This document shows positions 18,276 through 25,411 of a DNA stretch of 32,000 bases, in pieces (position 1 is the stretch's first letter; each line of letters opens with the position of its first letter). Origin of the DNA: Candidatus Saccharimonadota bacterium (GTDB lineage Bacteria; Patescibacteriota; Saccharimonadia; Saccharimonadales; UBA4665). Below the pieces are notes generated by a model, which was not told where the DNA came from, made no database searches, and was given only the letters and a program-made list of their open reading frames with translations. The DNA lies in assembly GCA_002952755.1 (NCBI GenBank), contig CP025011.1, positions 780,001 to 812,000 of the forward strand, written 5' to 3'. A program made the translations under genes and the position numbers.

Positions 18276-19918
18276 ATGCGTCACTCTTAAAGCCCATCGG
18301 CGTCTTTAGTGGTCTGGCTGGAATTATAGTACTGCCCATGCTGTTACCTGGCTATATCCTTACCCTGGACATGGTTTTTACTCCAAAATTGCGCATGCCA
18401 ACACAGGTAAGCAGTAGTTATCTGTTTCACGGTTTATTGCACGTGCTGAATATCATCCTGCCCAGTCAAATCATCGAAAAGGTAGTCCTGTTTGGCATTA
18501 TCGTAATGTCCGGCATCGGGATGTACATATTACTCAAATATCTTCAGTCGGACATTGCCCACACTGAGTACGACACATGGGGGTGCTACTTTGCAGGGGT
18601 ACTCTTTGCGGTCAACCCCTATACCTACTCACGTTTTATGGCAGGACAGTACGCCGTGCTGCTCGGCTATGCTACCTTACCATTCTTCTTCCGGACCAGC
18701 TGCTCATTTTTCGCCTTGCCAACTATGCGCAGGGCTCTCCATATGGTCAAATGGGCAATTATCATCAGTATCGTATCAATCCATACGATTGGCTTGGCCG
18801 CAATCGTGGCAATCACTCAATGTATTGCCGTGCTGTGGAAAAATGGCCTCAAACGAACACCGCAGGTTGTGAGCATTATAAAATTGGGAACGGCCGGGCT
18901 TATAGTCTGCCTTTTGGCAAGCAGCTACTGGTTGATACCACTCCTACACAGCAGCAACACGCAGGGCAGAGCTATTACGAGCTTTAGCCATACCGACCAA
19001 CAAGCGTTTGCCACAGTCGGCAAGGGAGCTATAGAACGTATCGGTAATGTGCTCGAACTACGTGGTTTCTGGGCCGAAGACCGCGGGCTCTATCTCCTCC
19101 CCCAGAACCTACTGCCTGGCTGGCAATTCATAATGCTCTGCATCTGGGCGCTGGCGTGCCTGGGTGCCTACAGCCTATGGAAGCATGGCCAGCGGACAAC
19201 GGTGTATGTTCTAGCAGCTATCAGCGTGATCACTATTACGCTGGCCGCGACGAGCCTTATCAGCTGGCTGAGTAGCTATTTCTCACTCCTAAAGGGCTAC
19301 CGCGAGCCAGACAAATATGTTGGGTTACTAGCTATGTGTTATGCCATCTGCGCTGGCGCAGGCCTAGTCGTTCTATTCAACTGGCTACAAAAACGTCAAA
19401 GCCAGGCGCTCTTTACCAGCAGTTTACTACTTGTACTTTTGCTACCTGTGATCTATACACCGCCCATGTTCTGGGGTTTTGCCGGCCAGTTGCGCTCGCG
19501 CCAATATCCCGCAGATTGGTACGCCGTCAATACCTTCCTTAATAGCAAACATGATGACGAAAAAGTATTGTTTCTACCGTGGCACCTGTATATGTCTTTT
19601 GACTTTGCCGGACGTATAATCGCGAACCCTGCCCAGGATTTCTTCGACAAACCTACCCTCACCAGTAATGAATTAGAGTTTAAAGACGCATCGCCAACCG
19701 CACCCGACTCCCTTAAAACAGAAATTACCCACTCAACCTTGCCTGGCGCAGAACGAAAGACCCACCTGGGCAAGCAACTGCGCAACCTACAGATCGGCTA
19801 CGTGCTGCTCGCCAAAGAGTATGACTACCAGAAATACCACTATCTTGATCGTCAGGTTGATTTGTCGCCCATCCGCGAAACACCTCATCTCAAACTATAC
19901 GAGGTGACCGCACAATGA
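18257..19918 (+). CDS. polytopic membrane protein, putative second GT-C-like glycosyltransferase/polymerase
   Basis: 553 aa, overlapping the upstream gene by 19 nt. About 12 hydrophobic segments followed by a soluble ~150-aa C-terminus. The first-loop acidic motif LTLDMVFTP resembles WGDFTLPF in the preceding protein. Confidence 0.65.
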   Translation: MAMAQVNASLLKPIGVFSGLAGIIVLPMLLPGYILTLDMVFTPKLRMPTQVSSSYLFHGLLHVLNIILPSQIIEKVVLFGIIVMSGIGMYILLKYLQSDIAHTEYDTWGCYFAGVLFAVNPYTYSRFMAGQYAVLLGYATLPFFFRTSCSFFALPTMRRALHMVKWAIIISIVSIHTIGLAAIVAITQCIAVLWKNGLKRTPQVVSIIKLGTAGLIVCLLASSYWLIPLLHSSNTQGRAITSFSHTDQQAFATVGKGAIERIGNVLELRGFWAEDRGLYLLPQNLLPGWQFIMLCIWALACLGAYSLWKHGQRTTVYVLAAISVITITLAATSLISWLSSYFSLLKGYREPDKYVGLLAMCYAICAGAGLVVLFNWLQKRQSQALFTSSLLLVLLLPVIYTPPMFWGFAGQLRSRQYPADWYAVNTFLNSKHDDEKVLFLPWHLYMSFDFAGRIIANPAQDFFDKPTLTSNELEFKDASPTAPDSLKTEITHSTLPGAERKTHLGKQLRNLQIGYVLLAKEYDYQKYHYLDRQVDLSPIRETPHLKLYEVTAQ

Positions 19919-20412
19919 GTAGCGACACCGTAGCCATAACCACCAACAATCGGCCGCAGGTCGTAGATAGCGTCTACCGCCGGGGCAAACCACCCATCGT
20001 TCGGCAGCCAGCACCCCCTCATCCAGCCGCCGCTACACCGAACACACCGAGACCTGAACGGGCCTACCAGACAGTCAAGCCAGTTGGCCACCCTAGGCGC
20101 TGGCGGCGGCTGCAGCCACTTTTACTAGCGCTTGCAGGCCTGAGCGGCAGTGCGTTAGGGCAAAGTGCCTTGTTCGGCACAGTGCTTGTGGTCATATACG
20201 GCATTGCCGTATTCGTACGCCGGCTGCCTAGTCGACAAGCCTTCCTGTTCGCAGCGCTTTCGATTGGCACGGTTTGCGTGTCGCTCTTATTCAAACCAAA
20301 TGAGGAGATTGTGAGTAACTTTTCTACCTACACGTATCTGTTTCTGATCATAGGCGTACTGGCCATTGCCAGAGAATCGAGGCTGCCCAAGCGCACATAC
20401 CGCAGACGATAA
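19915..20412 (+). CDS. small membrane protein (Pro-rich N-terminus plus about 4 TM helices)
   Basis: 165 aa with an ATGA overlap upstream. The N-terminal 60 aa are Pro/Arg-rich. The C-terminal ~95 aa hold four hydrophobic segments, a GtrA-like size and topology. That comparison is speculative. Confidence 0.55.
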   Translation: MSSDTVAITTNNRPQVVDSVYRRGKPPIVRQPAPPHPAAATPNTPRPERAYQTVKPVGHPRRWRRLQPLLLALAGLSGSALGQSALFGTVLVVIYGIAVFVRRLPSRQAFLFAALSIGTVCVSLLFKPNEEIVSNFSTYTYLFLIIGVLAIARESRLPKRTYRRR

Positions 20413-20420
20413 GCCTAATC

Positions 20421-20450
20421 TATCCGCTATGAACGGACTCATAGCGGATA
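20421..20450 (+). terminator. perfect 12-bp hairpin after the glycan operon (possible terminator without a U-tract)
   Basis: TATCCGCTATGA-acggac-TCATAGCGGATA, 9 nt after the stop at 20412. No T-run follows on either strand. Confidence 0.3.
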
Positions 20451-20512
20451 AGTTGGGTTGATCGGCCATTCAGTACAAAGCTGTAATGGCTCACAAAAGA
20501 AAGGGGGCACAT

Positions 20513-20740
20513 ATGGATATACCATCCCGCACCACACCCACCAAGAAGGTGGGCGTTAACAAGTTCGTCTTGGGCTTTGCGGCCATTTCGGCCAGTGCTA
20601 TTATCGGCACTACCGGATTAGCTGCCGCTCAAACGCCACACCAGCAAGGTAGTGGCTATGGCAACACCGTAAACTTGACCATTAGTATCAAGAACTCGGC
20701 ACACAACGTGATCAACGTGGTCATCAACTTTTTTCGATAG
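20513..20740 (+). CDS. small secreted protein (signal peptide plus a mature peptide of about 35 aa)
   Basis: The start is set at the ATG 5 nt downstream of SD AAGGGGG (20502-20507). The N-terminus MDIPSRTTPTKKVGVNKFVLGFAAISASAIIGTTGLAAA/QTP looks like a Sec signal peptide. The mature part ends NVINVVINFFR. Confidence 0.5.
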   Translation: MDIPSRTTPTKKVGVNKFVLGFAAISASAIIGTTGLAAAQTPHQQGSGYGNTVNLTISIKNSAHNVINVVINFFR

Positions 20741-20783
20741 ACCATTCCACATCTAAGTAAAAGAAGCGCCGTGAAACCCAACA

Positions 20784-20817
20784 AAAGAGAGGCCAATATC
20801 AGGCCTCTCTTTCTTTA
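20784..20817 (+). terminator. rho-independent terminator
   Basis: AAAGAGAGGCC-aatatca-GGCCTCTCTTT followed by CTTTAT. An A-run upstream means it could also act on the opposite strand. Confidence 0.6.
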
Positions 20818-20818
20818 T

Positions 20819-20919
20819 CGCTCACCTCTCGCCACTTAAGTAGAGTCAAGCGTAGTGCAACCAGACCAGCTTTAGCTGGCCTGCGTGTAACGCTCTACTT
20901 AAGTGGCGAGGGGTGAGCG
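20819..20919. repeat. 101-nt long inverted repeat / hairpin element (28-bp basal stem including 2 G-U or mismatch positions; 45-nt interior with its own small hairpin)
   Basis: I paired 20819-20846 against 20892-20919 base by base. Arm sequence is CGCTCACCTCTCGCCACTTAAGTAGAGT. The interior contains CCAGC-ttta-GCTGG (20866-20879). Confidence 0.6.
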
Positions 20920-20979
20920 TCTCTCTAACTTCCTATATGAAAGTAAATGCAATGAGCATATTCACAGTCTTGATGCCAA

Positions 20980-22668
20980 ATGCGTACTATACTTGCGCCG
21001 ATGATTTTGCCCGGACACATGTCGATCAAGAAGGCACTCGCCCTATTGTCGGCTTGTCTCGTTGTGCTTGGCCTGGCCGGCTTCAAATGGATTCACATGC
21101 AGCAGGCAAATCACTACGATGTCATCGTCGTCGGCGCTGGCCCTGGCGGCATAGCAGCCGCAGTCCAAGCGACGCGCATGGGCGCGCGCGTGGCGTTGTT
21201 CGAACCAACTGACTGGGTGGGCGGGCAAATGACAGCTGCCGGCGTTGGCAATATGGATGAAGGGAACGTTGCCGTCCGCACCAGCGGCTTATATAAAGAA
21301 TTTGCCGATCAGGTAACAGCTTACTATAAAAGTAAGGGCAAATCTGTAAACACCTGTTACTACGACATCGGTTCGCTGTGTATCGACCCCCAAGTAGGAC
21401 GAACCATACTCGGCCAGATGCTTGCTGCGCAGGGAAGCAATTTACACCTCTTCACCTCGACGCCAGTAACGTCAGTGTTAAAACACGGCACCGCGGTCAC
21501 GGGCGTGGTAGCGGCAGGCAAATCATATCACGCGTCCGTTGTTATCGATGCTGATGAGTACGGCGACGTATTGGCAGAAGCAGGCGCTGCCTATCGGCTC
21601 GGCAATAGTACCTCCGACAATATCAACCCCAAGACTTGCGTCCAAGATATTACCTATACTGCAGTCATGAAAGCCTATCCAAAGGGCGTTCCGTCCGAAC
21701 TGCAATTCAAAAAGCCACCCCCTGGCTACAACCAAACGATTGCCTCGCATTTTAAAGCTTTCTTAACGAGTAACGGCTACGAGAGTAAGCTCGTAAAGCC
21801 AACCGATCATTTTATGGTTCATAAGCAGCCCGATTCGTTCAAGAGCTACGCGGCTTACCGTGGGCTACCTGACCTTTCCAACCCTAAAGATTACACGGTT
21901 CTGCAACAGAATGGTCAGGACATTACACGCACTTCTCTTAACTTAGGGAATGATTATCCTATGAGCGGCACATTGAGCGTCCGCTACATTAGTGACCCGG
22001 CTTACCGCCAACAAGTAGCCTGCCGGGCCAAACTGCTTACTTTACAACTGGCATACTATATACAGCACGATCTGCACGAATCCGATTGGTCGCTAGCCAA
22101 TGATGAAGGTTACGATACGCCATATAATCAGCAAGGGCACTGTAGCATACTGGAAGGATATTCGGCATTCGAAGATCAAATGCCTGTGGAGCCGTACGTA
22201 CGTGAAGGCCGACGATTGATCGGGCAAGAAACGCTTACCGGCGATCAACTTGTCTACTCCTGGAAAAACAAACAAGACATCCCCACATACCCGGACAGCG
22301 TTGCCGTTGGATACTATCCCATGGACTTACACCAATGCTACGCGCCGAATACACTGGAGTCGGCATTTGATACTGCCGACGACCGACGAGCAACCTTTAA
22401 CGGCGGTGCTTTCGAAGTGCCAATTGGTGTGCTTATACCCCAAACCGTTGACGGTTTGCTGGCGGCCGAAAAAAATATTTCCGCTTCCCGTCTAGCCAAC
22501 GGGGCTATCCGCGAGCAGCCTATCGCTATGGATATCGGCCAAGCTGCAGGCGCACTAGCGGCACTCGCAGCCAAAAATCACACACAGCCACGCTACATTG
22601 CCCCAGGCGATGTGCAAGCTGCACTCCATGCGGCCAACACCACTATATCGATCGGTAAAAGAGCATAA
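20980..22668 (+). CDS. FAD-dependent oxidoreductase with an N-terminal signal/anchor helix
   Basis: YDVIVVGAGPGGIAAAVQATRMGARVALFEPTDWVGGQMTAAGV (Rossmann GxGxxG plus the FAD_oxidored-type continuation), preceded by MSIKKALALLSACLVVLGLAGF. The start is ambiguous: 20980, 21001 or 21019. Confidence 0.8.
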   Translation: MRTILAPMILPGHMSIKKALALLSACLVVLGLAGFKWIHMQQANHYDVIVVGAGPGGIAAAVQATRMGARVALFEPTDWVGGQMTAAGVGNMDEGNVAVRTSGLYKEFADQVTAYYKSKGKSVNTCYYDIGSLCIDPQVGRTILGQMLAAQGSNLHLFTSTPVTSVLKHGTAVTGVVAAGKSYHASVVIDADEYGDVLAEAGAAYRLGNSTSDNINPKTCVQDITYTAVMKAYPKGVPSELQFKKPPPGYNQTIASHFKAFLTSNGYESKLVKPTDHFMVHKQPDSFKSYAAYRGLPDLSNPKDYTVLQQNGQDITRTSLNLGNDYPMSGTLSVRYISDPAYRQQVACRAKLLTLQLAYYIQHDLHESDWSLANDEGYDTPYNQQGHCSILEGYSAFEDQMPVEPYVREGRRLIGQETLTGDQLVYSWKNKQDIPTYPDSVAVGYYPMDLHQCYAPNTLESAFDTADDRRATFNGGAFEVPIGVLIPQTVDGLLAAEKNISASRLANGAIREQPIAMDIGQAAGALAALAAKNHTQPRYIAPGDVQAALHAANTTISIGKRA

Positions 22669-22674
22669 GAGTAG

Positions 22675-23250
22675 CTACTGGAGCAAGAGCTCCGCGAGAC
22701 GCTTCTTTAAGAGATCGAGACCGTGGTACTGAATGCTCGTCATACCCATGTCTGCAGCTGGTCCGGTAAAAATTGCTAGATCATCTATAAATATACATTC
22801 TGCGAATGAAACGCCCAGTCTATCCGTAGCCAGAGCAAATATTTCACGGTCTGGCTTGGCAAATCCCACTTCTGCCGATGCAATAACTGTATCGAACAGC
22901 GCCAAATCATCAGCGCTGAGCCTGCGCTGCAGCTCACCAGCTGCTGCGTTACTCACAATTGCTAATTTATAGTGTGGCTTTAACGCTATACGGATATAGT
23001 CCAGTAGCTCACGGTGCGGCTGCTCCTCGCGAGCTACGACCTCCTTATAGGCTGGCAAAGTCAAACCAAGTCTATCGGCCATAACCACGGCGAATGCTTC
23101 GCTATCTATAAAACCGCGATTGGTCTTTTCGATCATACTGCTAATAAACACTTCATCTCTTACCGGGTTGCCACCAGCGGCTCTATAGACGTCCCGAAAA
23201 CTCTTCCCAACTAACACACCAAAACTATCAAATAAAATCGCCCGAATCAT
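22675..23250 (-). CDS. HAD-superfamily hydrolase, subfamily IA-like
   Basis: The start is set at the internal Met (MIRAILFDSFGVLV), which places HAD motif I at the N-terminus. Motif II IVSNA, motif III AKPD, motif IV IFIDD. The tracked 64-aa N-terminal extension is Arg/Cys/Ser-rich and antisense to the neighbouring gene. Confidence 0.8.
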   Translation of the reverse strand: MIRAILFDSFGVLVGKSFRDVYRAAGGNPVRDEVFISSMIEKTNRGFIDSEAFAVVMADRLGLTLPAYKEVVAREEQPHRELLDYIRIALKPHYKLAIVSNAAAGELQRRLSADDLALFDTVIASAEVGFAKPDREIFALATDRLGVSFAECIFIDDLAIFTGPAADMGMTSIQYHGLDLLKKRLAELLLQ

Positions 23251-23256
23251 GCCGAC

Positions 23257-23266
23257 AGTATACAAT
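23257..23266. promoter_or_regulatory. overlapping divergent -10 boxes (TATACT on the minus strand, TACAAT on the plus strand)
   Basis: The sequence is AGTATACAAT. The plus-strand TACAAT (23261-23266) lies 6 nt before ATG 23273. The minus-strand TATACT (23262-23257) lies 6 nt before ATG 23250. Both spacings fit leaderless transcription starts. Confidence 0.35.
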
Positions 23267-23272
23267 AACAGA

Positions 23273-24310
23273 ATGTCGAGGCACAAAGAAGACCCTAGCG
23301 CAGTGCGCGACGCCAAGCGCCAAGCGTGGCTTATGCGTACTGCAGAAGCCCTGGGTATGCCACCCGATGCCGCTCTCGCGCTGCTTAGACAGAAGCGGGT
23401 GCAGAGCCTACGGCTCAATCCACTACGTGGAGATGTACACAAAGCTGCCGAGTATCTCCAAAAAATAGGATGGCTTGGGGAGCCATACCCTTGGGCGCAA
23501 GATACCTATGCGCTCAAGGTCCCTGTAGCAGAGATAAGGGACAGCGAATTCGTAGCTTCCGGCCAAGTGTTCATTCAAAACGCCGCCAGCTGGCTGCCGG
23601 TACTCGCCCTACAACCGCAGCCGGGCGAAAGGATTCTGGATGTTTGCGCAGCGCCTGGCGGTAAGGCCAGCCACATTGCCGCCCTTACCGACAATCAGGC
23701 TGAATTATGGATCAACGATAACTCGCGTACCCGTTTAGTAAAAATGCGTGCCAACCTGGATCGCCTTGGCGTAACTGCCGCTCGTACTATACTCTACGAC
23801 GCCACTCAGTTAGCGCGCAGACTGGCTGGCGAGCAATTCGACAAAATCCTATTGGATGCTCCGTGCAGCGGTGAAGGGTTGATGCACTACGACCGCGACA
23901 AAGATTTTGAAACGTGGTCAGTCGCACATATCAAGCGCCTCTCCAAGCTACAAAAGCGTATTCTCACCCAAGCCTGGCAACTCCTAAAACCCGGGGGTAC
24001 GCTTGTCTACAGCACGTGCACTATGGCCCCGGAAGAAAACGAAGTGGTTGTCGACTATTTGCTCCGTCATCATCCCGAGGCGCAGATCGAACCCTTGAAC
24101 ATAGGCCTGCCTAATACAACTCAGGCCGTCTTAGAATGGAGCGGTAAGGTCCTTCAGCCGGCGATACGGGGTTGCTTGCGCTTGCATCCCAGCTCCACTA
24201 TTGAAGCGTTCTTCGTTTGTGCTCTCCGGAAGAACGATGATAAAAGCACGGCAACAGTTGCATCCGCGCGGCAAAACAGATACGATAGTGGGTACTATGA
24301 CGATGTCTAG
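23273..24310 (+). CDS. rRNA/tRNA (cytosine-C5)-methyltransferase, RsmB/RsmF (NOL1/NOP2/Sun) family
   Basis: SAM motif ILDVCAAPGGKA and catalytic Cys motifs DAPCSGEG and YSTCTMAPEENE. An alternative start at 23249 would overlap the HAD start codon (CATG). Confidence 0.85.
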   Translation: MSRHKEDPSAVRDAKRQAWLMRTAEALGMPPDAALALLRQKRVQSLRLNPLRGDVHKAAEYLQKIGWLGEPYPWAQDTYALKVPVAEIRDSEFVASGQVFIQNAASWLPVLALQPQPGERILDVCAAPGGKASHIAALTDNQAELWINDNSRTRLVKMRANLDRLGVTAARTILYDATQLARRLAGEQFDKILLDAPCSGEGLMHYDRDKDFETWSVAHIKRLSKLQKRILTQAWQLLKPGGTLVYSTCTMAPEENEVVVDYLLRHHPEAQIEPLNIGLPNTTQAVLEWSGKVLQPAIRGCLRLHPSSTIEAFFVCALRKNDDKSTATVASARQNRYDSGYYDDV

Positions 24311-24393
24311 CAATGCACATGGCTATTGGTTCACCGACACTTCCCGTGGCGGTTTGTTCCGTGTGTTTGCATAACATCCTTTCAAAAATATAG

Positions 24394-24425
24394 AAAAGAC
24401 CGCCACCACGGCGGTCTTTTACTAT
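24394..24425 (+). terminator. rho-independent terminator
   Basis: AAAAGACCGCC-accac-GGCGGTCTTTT followed by ACTATTTTT. The 11-bp stem was checked base by base. Confidence 0.7.
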
Positions 24426-24442
24426 TTTTAGAGAGAACAATT

Positions 24443-25411
24443 ATGAAAGTTTCAAAACAGTTACACGTCAGTCACCCCGAGTTGACTATTGGCCGGGTGC
24501 AAGCGCTTGGCTCGCGCACCACAGTTAGGAGATCTGGGCATATCGGCAACCAAAATCTCCGCGAACTAGCCCTCCGCTCAAATGTCAAGATCGGGCTGCC
24601 AATTCTAGTGGACACCATCGCGGGCGATGACAGCTACTCAAAGCCTGCGCACGTTTTAGTAGGCGGAGCCAATCATCGTTTGGCATCAAATAAAATGTCG
24701 CGTAATAGAGTGGTGACCAGTCTTGGCGTCGCCAGCGAGCCCTACGAAAATATGATCGCAGGGCATCCCAGCTTAAAACAACTGAGCGGCCATAACACAA
24801 TATCCGATTTGCACGCCGCTTCGCTACAACTCCTAGACATCGACACCAGCCCCCAGACGACAGTTACGGAATTGCTGGCCAGCTTAGGCGAAATCGGGCA
24901 AGCGCTCATGAAAGAACTGGCCCGGCGAGGGCATATACGTCGGCGAGTAGAAGCAGGCGGCCATATTACCAATCTTGTCCCTGGTAAGGACGCTCTTCAA
25001 CATGGCATCTTCGGCCAAAACGATAGCACACCCACGGATCAAGGTGCCATGCTGCCGCTTGAAGGCATGATGGCAATGGATATATTGCAGGCGCAAAAAG
25101 CAGGCGAGGACGAAGTCTTCCACTTGGCCAGTGTTGATATGCGGCGCTACACGCGCGACCCAGAGCGTATGCGGACTGTCAGCGATATTATTACCGGCGC
25201 GCAACAGCGCTTGGGGCAGCAAGCCGTCGGCGCTCATTACATCGTGATAGACATAACTGGATTTGACCAAGCAGTGCATCCGGATTATGCTGCCGTAAGG
25301 TCGCAGTACGATCTCATCGAAATGCATGCAAACCCGGCAGATCGGCGCATCCCGCTTATCGATCGAGCCTGCGAACTGCCCGCCTACAGCCCTATGGAGC
25401 CACCGCTATGA
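24443..25411 (+). CDS. hypothetical protein (322 aa), translationally coupled to the D-Ala-D-Ala dipeptidase
   Basis: The start is set at the first ATG after the terminator (MKVSKQLHVSHPELTIGR...). The stop overlaps the next start (ATGA at 25408-25411). No confident family motif. Confidence 0.6.
   Translation: MKVSKQLHVSHPELTIGRVQALGSRTTVRRSGHIGNQNLRELALRSNVKIGLPILVDTIAGDDSYSKPAHVLVGGANHRLASNKMSRNRVVTSLGVASEPYENMIAGHPSLKQLSGHNTISDLHAASLQLLDIDTSPQTTVTELLASLGEIGQALMKELARRGHIRRRVEAGGHITNLVPGKDALQHGIFGQNDSTPTDQGAMLPLEGMMAMDILQAQKAGEDEVFHLASVDMRRYTRDPERMRTVSDIITGAQQRLGQQAVGAHYIVIDITGFDQAVHPDYAAVRSQYDLIEMHANPADRRIPLIDRACELPAYSPMEPPL

Noticed and set aside
20913-21212. 99-aa ORF upstream of and overlapping the FAD-oxidoreductase gene.
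   Set aside because: It starts inside the right arm of the long inverted repeat and runs out of frame over the well-supported oxidoreductase N-terminus.
22675-23442. Long 255-aa version of the HAD ORF.
   Set aside because: The extra 64 N-terminal residues are Arg/Cys/Ser-rich and antisense to the methyltransferase gene. The internal Met places HAD motif I at the expected N-terminal position.
24443-25411. Possible degenerate arginase/ureohydrolase fold in the 322-aa unknown protein (VGGANH compared with GGDHS; VIDITGFDQAVHP compared with SxDxDxxDP).
   Set aside because: The metal-ligand residues are mostly absent, the DAHxD motif is missing and the spacing between motifs is about 65 aa too long. 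The resemblance is too weak to call without a profile or structure search.
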